DNA from: a virus
Taxonomy: Duplodnaviria; Caudoviricetes
IMG/VR virus record: IMGVR_UViG_3300030202_003256
Location: 1,388 to 65,387 of that record
Direction: 5' to 3' (one strand)
DNA: 64,000 nt
The notes under the pieces were generated by a model. The model was given only the letters and a program-made list of their open reading frames with translations. It ran no database searches and had not been told where the DNA came from. Shown piece after piece: positions 9,578 to 19,703 of the stretch. Position 1 is the first letter of the stretch; every line of letters begins with the position of its first letter. A program made the translations under genes and the position numbers.

Positions 9578-10639
9578 TTAAGAATTTTCACCTACCGGTG
9601 TAAGTTTATTTATTGAAGATTCAAATTCAGTAATTTTCTCATTAAATAATGACTGAAAATAATCTAGTACTTCTTTACGTTCACTACCCTCTAAAAAATC
9701 AGAAGAAGTTTCTTTCATTTTACTGTATAATGTTTCAGGTACAGAATCCTCCAACCAATTCTTTAGAAAACCAGAAGTTATCTCTACTATTTTTGATTCA
9801 TCAAATACCCAAATACCATTACCTTCAGTTAACCAATCAGGTTTCATCACAGGTAACGTACCAATACAAGGAGTACCACATCTCATAGACTCCAATGGAA
9901 AAGTACCGAAACTTGAAATCCTATCAACCCAAATAGATGCACATGATTCACTTAATGTTTTAGCGAATTCTTTTCTAGATAAACCTCTCATATCTCTAAA
10001 TGTAATCCATTTGAATTGTGGGTTTTGTAAATAAAATGATTTAATTATTTTCATAGTGTCTCTTTGTTCTCTAGTATGTACTGCAATCGTAGGTTTTTTT
10101 GGTTTTTCACCACTTTTAAAGTATTCCGGTATAGATGGTTTGATTACTGTGGATTCTATCGTCGGAAATAATTTTTTGATGTATTCTTTTTGAGCCTCAG
10201 AAGTAGTGATACATTTTGTAACACCATAATTAGACCAACCAAATCCAGGATTTAAAGTTTCTAAAATATAATCATAGGCTTGACTAAAAACTATCTTAGT
10301 ACATGGCATATTTACTATTTGCTCTAATACGTGACCATATAATTCTGGTACCACAACTATATCAGCCGGACCAACCTTTAGTTGACCTTCCTCTATGTTT
10401 GCGTGTGGTAATTCACTATATTCTGTGTCTAACCATTCAGACACACCTTTATAATCTTTCTTCTCATATAAGATTTCTGCTTGATATCCTGCTTCTCTTA
10501 AATATTTTACATACTGATATGTGGTCGCGACAGATGCAGAGGCCGCACCACCAGTATCTTGTGTTAGAAAGTAAATTTTAGATTCTTTATTCTTAATTCT
10601 TTCTAGACCGTTTTGTAATTGAGTCAATTGTTGTTCCAT
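9578..10639 (-). CDS. Glycosyltransferase, GT-B (GT4-like)
   Basis: DIVVVPE and SSFGTFPLESMRCGTPCIG motifs. Confidence 0.75.
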   Translation of the reverse strand: MEQQLTQLQNGLERIKNKESKIYFLTQDTGGAASASVATTYQYVKYLREAGYQAEILYEKKDYKGVSEWLDTEYSELPHANIEEGQLKVGPADIVVVPELYGHVLEQIVNMPCTKIVFSQAYDYILETLNPGFGWSNYGVTKCITTSEAQKEYIKKLFPTIESTVIKPSIPEYFKSGEKPKKPTIAVHTREQRDTMKIIKSFYLQNPQFKWITFRDMRGLSRKEFAKTLSESCASIWVDRISSFGTFPLESMRCGTPCIGTLPVMKPDWLTEGNGIWVFDESKIVEITSGFLKNWLEDSVPETLYSKMKETSSDFLEGSERKEVLDYFQSLFNEKITEFESSINKLTPVGENS

Positions 10640-10645
10640 AGTTAT

Positions 10646-10948
10646 TTATAATTTTTTTATTATGTTATATTTTATTAGGGTGTTTATAGCTATCTTGGAG
10701 GAGACAGGTAATTTATTTAGTGATATGACACCTAAAGTATCATCTATATCATCTACTGTATTACAAACAGTATCTAACATTAATTTAAAAAACTCAAACT
10801 TAGGTAAATTAAGTTCTAATTTTTCTTTACCATCTTCAGTTAGTGTAAGCATATCCACATTATTTAATAATTCGTCTATATCTAAATATAGATTTTCATT
10901 ACCTATATTAAGTTTTAAATTAGTTATTGTATTTCTTTTATTTGCCAT
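10646..10948 (-). CDS. Hypothetical protein
   Basis: 100-aa ORF in operon. Confidence 0.6.
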   Translation of the reverse strand: MANKRNTITNLKLNIGNENLYLDIDELLNNVDMLTLTEDGKEKLELNLPKFEFFKLMLDTVCNTVDDIDDTLGVISLNKLPVSSKIAINTLIKYNIIKKL

Positions 10949-11502
10949 ATATTTTCGACATTTAATGAGTCTAACTCTTTTAGATTATTTATTCTTAAAT
11001 CACAATCATATGAAGTATTATAGTTTTGGTCAATAATTATTAACTTTTTATTTGACGGCTTAGATTCTATAACATCAATATCACTAGTTATAAATAAATC
11101 TGTACCCTTCCACATATCCCCCAAACTTTCCGTATCATAAAATATAATTTCATCACAAACTAAACCATACTTAGCCAAAAACCATAAAGTTGCTGATTTA
11201 CCCCTACCTAGGTCGTCACTAACAATCCTCAACTTATAATCAACAGGAAGTTGTTTGTACAATTCCACCAAATGAGAAATAACCCCATTTTCAATTTCCT
11301 TAGATTGGCCGAATATTTCCATGGGTGCTTCTTCATATAAAAAATTGTATAATTCATCCTCATTTTTAAAATGTGTGTATTCCATAAGATTTGGTGTCAC
11401 TACTTCAGATTTAACTTCTCTATCCTCGTATTTTTCATAAACCTCCTCAAACTTTAAAAGGACATTCCTTAACACACCATTTATATTTATACTAATTTTC
11501 AT
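10924..11502 (-). CDS. HAD-fold 5'(3')-deoxyribonucleotidase-like protein with degenerate motif I
   Basis: KISININGVLRN matches IxIDxDGVLxD but with Asn for both Asp. Confidence 0.55.
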   Translation of the reverse strand: MKISININGVLRNVLLKFEEVYEKYEDREVKSEVVTPNLMEYTHFKNEDELYNFLYEEAPMEIFGQSKEIENGVISHLVELYKQLPVDYKLRIVSDDLGRGKSATLWFLAKYGLVCDEIIFYDTESLGDMWKGTDLFITSDIDVIESKPSNKKLIIIDQNYNTSYDCDLRINNLKELDSLNVENIWQIKEIQ

Positions 11503-11514
11503 ATTTAAACCTAA

Positions 11515-12261
11515 TTACTTTCCATTCTTTTGTAAAGAATCAAATACTCTTTCTATTTTTGCTATTAATGGATTTCTAACCACATCTGATTTATTAAATT
11601 GTATACAACCAATTTCATCTATGTGTTGAAAATGGTCCATTAAAAAGGTTAATCCATTACCCCCTTTGGAGTCTTGTTGTCTTTCGTCACCTAAAAATAT
11701 CATTTTAGAGTCTTTACCTAAACGGGTCATAATAGTTCTTATATTTTCTTGAGAAATATTTTGTGCTTCATCTATAATAATAATCGACCTATCTAGGTTG
11801 ATTCCTCTCATATAAGCAATAGGTAACTCTTCTATAGTTTTTAACTCCCTAAGTCTAGAGGTAATAGTTTGTCCCACCAACTTCTCAAAGTTATGTACAA
11901 ATGAAAACATAAAAGGTTCCATTTTTTCTCTTAAACCACCTTTTAAAAATCCAATCTCTTCATTTTTAAGGGTAGTCACAGATTTTACAATTACAATTTT
12001 TTTGTACTTAGCATAACGTTTGATTAGTTTTAGTGCTTCAGCACACGCTAAATAAGTTTTACCAGTACCAGCAGGTCCTGAACAAATAACCACTTCTTTT
12101 TCTTTTATAGCATTTACTAAAGCTTTTTGGTTTTCTGTTTTACATTTAACACTTATCGTCATAGTGTCCGAAAGTCTTTTTTCTTCGGTATTATTCTGAT
12201 AAATCCATTCTTCTACCTCCATTTGTTCCTCTTTACTTAATCTTTTACTTCTTCTTCCCAT
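11515..12261 (-). CDS. phoH: PhoH-family ATPase
   Basis: GPAGTGKT, IGFLKG, YMRG, IIIDEAQN, TRLG, GDxxQ, RNPLI. Confidence 0.95.
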   Translation of the reverse strand: MGRRSKRLSKEEQMEVEEWIYQNNTEEKRLSDTMTISVKCKTENQKALVNAIKEKEVVICSGPAGTGKTYLACAEALKLIKRYAKYKKIVIVKSVTTLKNEEIGFLKGGLREKMEPFMFSFVHNFEKLVGQTITSRLRELKTIEELPIAYMRGINLDRSIIIIDEAQNISQENIRTIMTRLGKDSKMIFLGDERQQDSKGGNGLTFLMDHFQHIDEIGCIQFNKSDVVRNPLIAKIERVFDSLQKNGK

Positions 12262-12279
12262 TATTAATATTTAAAATTT

Positions 12280-13230
12280 TTATTTTCTAGATGATTCATA
12301 ATTATTTATAAACCAGTTAATTGTTTTCTCTAAACCCTTTTCTATGCTAGTAAATTTAAAATCAGGTAAGTAAGATAATAACTTACTGTTATCACTAGGT
12401 TTTCTAAATTGTCCATCAGGTTTGTCATCTTGCCACACCACATTACCTCTAAAGTCCATATATTTTACAATTAACTCTACTACTGTTTTAATTGATACTT
12501 CTTCAGAGGTTGATAATATGATAGGTTCCTCCTCATTGTAATTTTCTAAAATCCATTCTGTTAATCTACCTATATCTTCAGAGTATATAAACTCTCTAAG
12601 AGGTTTACCAGAACCCCAAACTTTAAAATCACCACCAGTCTTTTTGGCCAAATAACATTTATGTATTAAAGACGGGATGACATGACCATTTTCTAAGTTA
12701 AAGTTATCTTTAGGCCCATATATATTTGTAGGTATTACTGATACGTAATTTAAACCATATTGTTCTCTATAAGCTTTTAATTGTATATCGGCCATTCTTT
12801 TAGCATAAGCATAGGGGTAGTTTGATGTGTGAGGTTCACCTAGATGAATCTTTTTTTCAGTTAGTGGGTATGTAACGTCTGCGGGGAAAACACAAGTAGA
12901 TAAGAACGAAACTAATTTCTTAACACCATACTTTCTACAAGATTCTATAACATTAGTGTTAATCATTATGTTATCATAAAAAAATTCTCCTTTAAAATTC
13001 ATATTACCACCTAAACCACCAACTTTTCCAGCACAATGAATTACGTTTAGTGGTTTAGTGTTAAAGAATAAATCGTCACAAACTTTAGGGTCCCGCAAAT
13101 CAAATTCACTACCAATTCTTAAGTCACAATCTATTGTAGAACCAACCAAACCGTTACCACCAGTAACTAGTAATTTAGGTCTAGATACATGTACCTCACC
13201 AACATCTAATATTTCTAAACTATTTTTCAT
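12280..13230 (-). CDS. fcl: GDP-L-fucose synthase / ColC-type epimerase-reductase
   Basis: TGGNGLVG, HCAGKVGG, STCVFP, YAYAK, PTNIYGP, HVIPSL, WGSGKPLREF; start placed at ATG 13230 overlapping the gmd stop. Confidence 0.9.
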   Translation of the reverse strand: MKNSLEILDVGEVHVSRPKLLVTGGNGLVGSTIDCDLRIGSEFDLRDPKVCDDLFFNTKPLNVIHCAGKVGGLGGNMNFKGEFFYDNIMINTNVIESCRKYGVKKLVSFLSTCVFPADVTYPLTEKKIHLGEPHTSNYPYAYAKRMADIQLKAYREQYGLNYVSVIPTNIYGPKDNFNLENGHVIPSLIHKCYLAKKTGGDFKVWGSGKPLREFIYSEDIGRLTEWILENYNEEEPIILSTSEEVSIKTVVELIVKYMDFRGNVVWQDDKPDGQFRKPSDNSKLLSYLPDFKFTSIEKGLEKTINWFINNYESSRK

Positions 13231-14194
13231 AGTACTCCAACCAATATTCAATCATTTCATCCATCATATCTTCGAAACTATATTTAGGTTTCCAGGACAA
13301 AACTTTTTTTATTTTTGAACAATCACCTTTCAGGTGTTTTAACTCTTCTGGTCTTAAATATTTATCATCAATAACAACATATTTTTCCCAATCTAATTCT
13401 AAAGATGAAAAAACATACCCAACTAAATCTTTAACTGTGTGTGATATTCCAGTAGAACAAACAAAATCTTCTGGTTTATCGTGTTGTAACATTAACCACA
13501 TACCTTCTACATAATCTTTTGCGTGTCCCCAATCTCTACTAGCTTCTAAATTACCTAATTTTAGTTCGTTAGACAACCCTAATTTTATTTTTACAGCTTC
13601 TTTAGCAACTTTATTAGTTACAAAGTTAATACCTCTTCTTGGTGATTCGTGATTAAACAATATTCCATTAGAAATAAACATTTTATAAGAATTTCTGTAA
13701 TTTCTACAAATATTATAAGAAAATACTTTTGCACAACCATAAGGTGATACTGGATTCATAGGTGTCGTCTCTCTTTGAAACCCATCTTCATCTATATTAT
13801 TACCAAACATTTCAGATGAACTTGCCTGATATATTTTAATTTCTTTGTTTGTTAGTCTCACAGCCTCCAACACATTTAAAGTACCTAGTCCGGTTACTTG
13901 TGAAGTGTATATTGGTTGGTCAAAACTAATTCTTACATGTGATTGAGCAGCTAAATTGTAAATTTCGTCAGGTTTACATTTTTGTATAACACTAATTATA
14001 GAAGACAAGTCCGTAAGGTCACCATAGACCAAATTTAGTTTTTTAAATATGTTATCAGGTATCCTAGCTGTTTGATTTTCAGCTACAGAATTTCTTTTTA
14101 GGACACCCCAAACCTCATATCCTTTTTCTAATAATAATTCTGATAGGTAAGAACCGTCTTGGCCATTTATTCCGGTTATTAGTGCTGTTTTCAT
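13220..14194 (-). CDS. gmd: GDP-mannose 4,6-dehydratase
   Basis: GINGQDGSYL, LAAQSHV, QASSSE, SPYGCAK, FNHESPRRG, RDWGHA. Confidence 0.97.
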   Translation of the reverse strand: MKTALITGINGQDGSYLSELLLEKGYEVWGVLKRNSVAENQTARIPDNIFKKLNLVYGDLTDLSSIISVIQKCKPDEIYNLAAQSHVRISFDQPIYTSQVTGLGTLNVLEAVRLTNKEIKIYQASSSEMFGNNIDEDGFQRETTPMNPVSPYGCAKVFSYNICRNYRNSYKMFISNGILFNHESPRRGINFVTNKVAKEAVKIKLGLSNELKLGNLEASRDWGHAKDYVEGMWLMLQHDKPEDFVCSTGISHTVKDLVGYVFSSLELDWEKYVVIDDKYLRPEELKHLKGDCSKIKKVLSWKPKYSFEDMMDEMIEYWLEYYEK

Positions 14195-14631
14195 TTATTT
14201 ATTTTTTTAAAAATATCTTTTATTACTAAATGAGAATCTTCAGGAGCTTCCATAAACCATCCCCATTTTTTGTGTTCGTTATTTAACGATAATTTACCAT
14301 TTTTTATTTTTAAAGTAAAACATACATTAATAGTATGGACGGGAATTCCACTAGGTCCCGTCTTAAAATCTGTTTGTGTGATATCTACCATTTCTATAAC
14401 TTCACATGTTAGACCTGTTTCTTCTTTTACTTTTCTAACTATACCCTCTTCTAGTTTTTCACCTTTTAAAAGTCTTCCACCAGGAAACCACCATTTATTT
14501 TTTTCCGGTTCGTTATCCCTTAATAATAATAAAATACCATTTTCTGTTTGTATAATTCCATCAACACAAATTATAGGCATTAAATCTATAATATTATCGT
14601 ATAGGTCTTGTGGAATAAATTCTGTGTTCAT
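14191..14631 (-). CDS. gmm: Nudix hydrolase, GDP-mannose mannosyl hydrolase-like
   Basis: PIICVD, WWFPGGR..GE..EETG Nudix box; next to gmd. Confidence 0.75.
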   Translation of the reverse strand: MNTEFIPQDLYDNIIDLMPIICVDGIIQTENGILLLLRDNEPEKNKWWFPGGRLLKGEKLEEGIVRKVKEETGLTCEVIEMVDITQTDFKTGPSGIPVHTINVCFTLKIKNGKLSLNNEHKKWGWFMEAPEDSHLVIKDIFKKINK

Positions 14632-15785
14632 TACACGGTTGAGTTTAAAACTTCACAAATCTTTTTTATCTCATCTACGGTCATCTCATGATTATTTGGT
14701 AGGTATAACCCATACTCATCTATATCGTCCACATTGGGAAGTGTTGTCACATCAAACTTATTAAACCAATATGGTTGTTTACCTAGAGAACCAGCTAATA
14801 AAGGTCTATTTTCTATATTATTTTCATTTAAAACTTTCACTATTGTATTTCTGTTTTTATGTATTATAGGGAAAGCAAAATTAGAAATATAATCAGAGAC
14901 CCTAAGTTCTGGTTTCCAAAAAGAATCATCAAGAAGTTCATAGTATAATTTGAAGTTTTCGTTTCTATTTTTTACCACCATAGGTAATTTTTCTAATTGG
15001 CCAATACCAAGAAAAGCTTGTAGGTCGGTTGACCTTAGATTAAATCCTGTATGATAAAAAGTGTATTGAGAATTAAATTCGTCCACGTTATATTTTTTAC
15101 GTAACTCATCTTGTGTTTCTACATCCATATCCCTATCCCAACCATGACTCCTAAGAGACTTTAATAGATTAGCGAACTTATCATCATTTGTACACACCAT
15201 ACCACCTTCAATAGTTGATATATGATGACCAAAGTAGGTTGAGAATGTGGACATCAAACCAAAAGAACCTAATTTTTTACCATTAAATTTTGACCCTAAA
15301 GATTCACAAGCATCCTCTATTAAAATAATATTATATTTTTCACACATATCCATTATCTTATCCATTTGTGGAACCAACCCTAGTATTGGTACAATCATCA
15401 TACATTTTGGTTTTCTTTCCTTAATTAAATTTTCTAGGTGGGTTAAATCAACAGATAAGTCTTCTTTATTACAATCACATAAAATAGGGTTAAGACCAAA
15501 TTGTATAGCTGGAGCCAAACTTGTAGACCAAGATAGTGAGGGTATTATAATATCATCACCTATCTTTAAAATACCAGCTTCGATTAAAGAATAAACCATA
15601 ATTAAATTAGCGGAAGAACCCGAATTAACAAATATAGAGTGTTTTACACCCATAAATTTAGACCACAGACGTTCAAACTCTATTGTTAAATTACCTTTAG
15701 TTAATCTAGGGTATGTTTTTAACCACTCTATTAACCTATCTATATCTTCTTTATTTATTGTATTTTTAACTAACGGTATATTCAT
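14631..15785 (-). CDS. colD: PLP-dependent GDP-4-keto-6-deoxymannose 3-dehydratase (ColD-like)
   Basis: VNSGSSANL, EDACES, STYFGHHISTIEGG (His where aminotransferases have the Schiff-base Lys), RSHGW. Confidence 0.8.
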   Translation of the reverse strand: MNIPLVKNTINKEDIDRLIEWLKTYPRLTKGNLTIEFERLWSKFMGVKHSIFVNSGSSANLIMVYSLIEAGILKIGDDIIIPSLSWSTSLAPAIQFGLNPILCDCNKEDLSVDLTHLENLIKERKPKCMMIVPILGLVPQMDKIMDMCEKYNIILIEDACESLGSKFNGKKLGSFGLMSTFSTYFGHHISTIEGGMVCTNDDKFANLLKSLRSHGWDRDMDVETQDELRKKYNVDEFNSQYTFYHTGFNLRSTDLQAFLGIGQLEKLPMVVKNRNENFKLYYELLDDSFWKPELRVSDYISNFAFPIIHKNRNTIVKVLNENNIENRPLLAGSLGKQPYWFNKFDVTTLPNVDDIDEYGLYLPNNHEMTVDEIKKICEVLNSTV

Positions 15786-16881
15786 TATTTTTAAAAAAAT
15801 TTTTAATAGTTTTTATAATATAATCTTGTTCATCAATACTTAAGTTATAACTAGAAGGTAATGATAAACCCTTTTTATACATTTCTTCACTCACAACAAA
15901 AGGGCCACTAATATCTATGACACCTTTATAACAAGGTTGTAAGTTTAAAGGGTAAAAGAAAAATCTAGTTTGTATCCCTTTCTCTAAAAGATAGTCAGAG
16001 AGTTCTGTTTTGTAACTAGTTAATACAGACGTAAACCAATGAACCGGTCTAATAGACTCATTAAAATCAAAAAAGTGTAAGTCCCCAACCCCAGTAAGTT
16101 CATTTTTATATTTTTCATGACAAATATTTTTCTTTTCTACAATCCTATCTAATTTTTCCATTTGTGATATACCTACAGCTGCTTGCATTTCTGTAAAAGA
16201 AAAATTGTAACCTATATGTTCGTGTTCGAATATGCCTTTTCTGTCTCTACCATGGTTTTTTAATCTATAACATTTTTTTGCTATTTCATCATTGTCTGTT
16301 AAAACAATACCACCTTCACCACAAGTAATTGTTTTATTACCATAATATGATAATATACCACAATCCCCAAAAGTCCCAACATGCTTGTCGTTAAGAAAAA
16401 CACCAACACCTTGTGCAGCATCTTCTAAAACCTTTAAGTTATGTTCCTTCGCTATCTTCATGATTTTATTCATATCAGCACTTTGTCCATATAAGTGAAC
16501 AGGCATTATAACTTTAGTTTTTTCTGTGATACATTTTTTTAACTCTTCGGGGTCTAAACATAAAGTATCTTTAGATACCTCACACAGTACAGGTGTGCCA
16601 TTTGCCATTAAAACGGCGTTAGAACTAGCTATAAAAGTTAAATTAGGTACTATAACTTCGTCTCCTGGTTTAAGACCTAATGATAGTAAACAAGAATAAA
16701 GAGCCATTGTACCATTTGTCATAGCAATAGCATGTTTAGAACCGGTATGATTTTTTACGATGTTTTCGAACTCTTTAGTTAGTTCGTGTTCTACCACGTA
16801 AGTAGAATCTATAACTCTTTTTAAATGTTTTAGTTCATTATCATCTATCCAAGGTTCAATTTGCGGAATAAAGTCCCTCAT
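15766..16881 (-). CDS. per: DegT/DnrJ sugar aminotransferase, GDP-perosamine synthase-like
   Basis: NGTMAL, PVHLYG, EDAAQ, SYYGNKTITCGEGG, LSLPS. Confidence 0.75.
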   Translation of the reverse strand: MRDFIPQIEPWIDDNELKHLKRVIDSTYVVEHELTKEFENIVKNHTGSKHAIAMTNGTMALYSCLLSLGLKPGDEVIVPNLTFIASSNAVLMANGTPVLCEVSKDTLCLDPEELKKCITEKTKVIMPVHLYGQSADMNKIMKIAKEHNLKVLEDAAQGVGVFLNDKHVGTFGDCGILSYYGNKTITCGEGGIVLTDNDEIAKKCYRLKNHGRDRKGIFEHEHIGYNFSFTEMQAAVGISQMEKLDRIVEKKNICHEKYKNELTGVGDLHFFDFNESIRPVHWFTSVLTSYKTELSDYLLEKGIQTRFFFYPLNLQPCYKGVIDISGPFVVSEEMYKKGLSLPSSYNLSIDEQDYIIKTIKNFFKNNEYTVS

Positions 16882-17242
16882 ATGATTTTTGTTCTTTAAT
16901 ATTAGACATACACACGTTATTTATTTCATTTTTAACTAAAAATCTTTCATCATTTAATTTAGCATCTAATCTAGCACATTTTATAAACTCCTCATCAAAC
17001 AAATCTCTATTTTCTCTATCTCTTATAACGTCTTCTGCGTCCCATAATTTTAAATTAACATCTTTAAGTTTTTGTACTAATTTTTCTGGTACCGCAACTT
17101 CAGAGGTTCTTAGTGTAGATTCAAGAATCATTAATTCTTTTTCTACATGCTCCAACTTTAACTTGTCAGATATTTTTTCTTTTTTAATTTGTAAGATAGT
17201 AATCTTATCAACCACTTCACCTATCGAAACTTCTATTTTCAT
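16856..17242 (-). CDS. DUF6165-like protein associated with glycan loci
   Basis: EVSIGEVVDKITILQIK..LWDAED..NDERF..EQKSY. Confidence 0.7.
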   Translation of the reverse strand: MKIEVSIGEVVDKITILQIKKEKISDKLKLEHVEKELMILESTLRTSEVAVPEKLVQKLKDVNLKLWDAEDVIRDRENRDLFDEEFIKCARLDAKLNDERFLVKNEINNVCMSNIKEQKSYEGLYSAN

Positions 17243-18147
17243 AATATTCCTTTTTCTTTTAGTTTTTTATCAGTTAATTGTTGTAAAGCATAAAACTTGG
17301 ACCCAACTTCAATAGGTAAATGTTTTTTACTAGAGTTATGCCAATGCCAAGCGAAAGACTCTAAAAATAGGTACTTATCCCCAACACCATTATTTAAAAA
17401 CCAACCACTCTCAACATCCTCACTTAATTTAACATCTTTTTTACTTATTAACCATTCCGTATTAAAAAATGGTGATGGAAAAATTGTAAAATTAGGCCAT
17501 TTTTTCCATAGAGTCGCAAATAAATCTTTACCCCATATAGTAGTGGCCGGTATAATTCTAGACTCAACAATACCTTCTAGTAATTTAAACATAAATTCAC
17601 TTTCTTTGAATCCTGATAATACAGTAGCACAAGCTCCTTGTGAAGCAAAGTCAGTATCTCCGCCCCATTGATACATGTACTCTTGGTTAAGGATTGGTTT
17701 AAAATCTCTTAAAAATATAATATCCATATCAACCCAAACACCACCATACTTATAAAGAACCAAGATTCTTAAAAGGTCACTTTGTAAATAATGTTTATCA
17801 TCCATAGCATCTAGATGTGGTATGCCTTCTAAAATAGTACCTTTTGCTTCTTCTTTAGCATCCCAAAGTCTTAAATCCAAGTATTTTTTATACGGTTGAA
17901 TTAGTGGATTATCATTTATATCATAATCTGACCATATTATTAACTTACATTTATCTAGGTTTTGTGTGGCTAAAAAAGACTTTAAGCACTCCACTTCCTT
18001 ATCGGTTCTAAATTCAGTGTAAATATGGAATAAAGTTACATTATCAGGATAAGAATAATCTTCATCCTTTATATTACCTAACATATTTTGACAAGCTTCA
18101 AAGTCTCTGTAAAGGACTGGGTTTTTATCGAAAGATATATCTATCAT
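17239..18147 (-). CDS. Glycosyltransferase, GT32 DXD family
   Basis: SDLLRILVLYKYGGVWVDMD. Confidence 0.85.
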   Translation of the reverse strand: MIDISFDKNPVLYRDFEACQNMLGNIKDEDYSYPDNVTLFHIYTEFRTDKEVECLKSFLATQNLDKCKLIIWSDYDINDNPLIQPYKKYLDLRLWDAKEEAKGTILEGIPHLDAMDDKHYLQSDLLRILVLYKYGGVWVDMDIIFLRDFKPILNQEYMYQWGGDTDFASQGACATVLSGFKESEFMFKLLEGIVESRIIPATTIWGKDLFATLWKKWPNFTIFPSPFFNTEWLISKKDVKLSEDVESGWFLNNGVGDKYLFLESFAWHWHNSSKKHLPIEVGSKFYALQQLTDKKLKEKGIL

Positions 18148-18154
18148 ATTATTA

Positions 18155-18991
18155 TTATTTTATATTTTTAATTTTATTAAAATGATAGTCCATAGTCAAG
18201 AAATCTCTACTATATAAAAAATCAAAAGAATAATTAAATATTTTACTATTAATATCCAAAATATCAATTACCGGTAAATTTTTATTTTTAAAAGATTTTA
18301 GTATCGGACCATCTTCCATTATAGGTACTGACCCCACTAAAATGGATTCGTAGTGACGATGACAATCCCAACCAGCACCACGAAGAGATAAAACGTATTT
18401 GTATTCACTCATTTTACTCAAATAATCATTAAAAGATAATCTATTTGGTTCCACCACCACAAAATCTTCTTTCGACAGGTTAGATATTATTGTATTTCTA
18501 TCTTTAAACGTATTCGAGTGATAAGGTATATATATTTTATTTTCCTTATCACCCCAAGGAATTTGGTTATTGTAAAAATTATTCAATATTTCTACATCAC
18601 CCCCCTCTCTTTCAGGTTCCTCAAACCCTATAGGTAACCAAAGTATTTTTTCATTATAGTCACTAGGTGGGTTAGTACAAAACCATTTAATTAGATTTGT
18701 ATTATCTAATATACTTAGATATGAGCTATCCCCCTCGTCAACAGAAAAAGAAGATACTCCAGTAATTAAAATAAATTTGGTTTTTATTAACGGTAATACT
18801 TGTTTTTGAAATAAACCACTATGAATATAATCGGTTTTCACAAATATTATATCACCATCTTTTAAATTATTTATATCAAAACCATTTTTGTTACCCCTAC
18901 TTACACCACATGACCTGTAAAATTCATCTGACTCATCTATACAATGGATAGCGGGTTTAGTCATGAAATTATAATTTATTAAATTAACCAT
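18155..18991 (-). CDS. Exostosin/GT47-like glycosyltransferase
   Basis: YKYVLSLRGAGWDCHRHYESILVGSVPI. Confidence 0.7.
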   Translation of the reverse strand: MVNLINYNFMTKPAIHCIDESDEFYRSCGVSRGNKNGFDINNLKDGDIIFVKTDYIHSGLFQKQVLPLIKTKFILITGVSSFSVDEGDSSYLSILDNTNLIKWFCTNPPSDYNEKILWLPIGFEEPEREGGDVEILNNFYNNQIPWGDKENKIYIPYHSNTFKDRNTIISNLSKEDFVVVEPNRLSFNDYLSKMSEYKYVLSLRGAGWDCHRHYESILVGSVPIMEDGPILKSFKNKNLPVIDILDINSKIFNYSFDFLYSRDFLTMDYHFNKIKNIK

Positions 18992-19703
18992 ATTTAATTA
19001 CGTTCCATTTTTTATTTGTCAATTTACCAATAGGTTGATTTCTAAAATCATGGTAAAATATCTTATCTGTTTTAGCGTATAAATCTATTAATGATTTCAT
19101 AGAACTCTCCATACAATGTATTTCTTCTGCTTCCTCTATTAATTTTATAAAATGAAAAATATTTTCACTAACATCATTCTCTAATACCAATAAATCTCTA
19201 TCTAAAAAATGACTACGATTAACCTCAAAACCCCTAGACTTATCGTCATGTACAAAAATAAATTTTTCTTTTTTTGGGTTTAGTTTATCCATTAACTGAT
19301 TTTCACCTACTTCATCACGTTCGACATGGAACATACTTGTTCTAACATAATATGGTACATTTACTTGTTCATAAAAAAATTCCCAACAATTTTTATCATA
19401 TAATTCTTCTTGGCCAAAAGGATAGTTCTCGAACCCAATCCTTAAAAATTTATCACATGTACTATTTTTATAATATTCCTCCGCTTGCATAACCTCTTGG
19501 GGTCCACCGGGAATTTCTACCACCAAAATATTTTCTTCATCTCTATACATGTAATCAATCATTTTAAAATAGTTAGACTTAGAAAAAATATGTATTTTAT
19601 CATATTCTTTTAAATAATTTCTTACCATCCCATTCATATCAAAATGGTCACCTAAACCTAAATGGTGATGTATACACAATTCACTTTTCATACTGTTATT
19701 CAT
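18984..19703 (-). CDS. Putative GT-B glycosyltransferase
   Basis: HHHLGLGDH N-terminal motif, FIFVHDD, AEEIHCMESS. Confidence 0.55.
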   Translation of the reverse strand: MNNSMKSELCIHHHLGLGDHFDMNGMVRNYLKEYDKIHIFSKSNYFKMIDYMYRDEENILVVEIPGGPQEVMQAEEYYKNSTCDKFLRIGFENYPFGQEELYDKNCWEFFYEQVNVPYYVRTSMFHVERDEVGENQLMDKLNPKKEKFIFVHDDKSRGFEVNRSHFLDRDLLVLENDVSENIFHFIKLIEEAEEIHCMESSMKSLIDLYAKTDKIFYHDFRNQPIGKLTNKKWNVIKYG

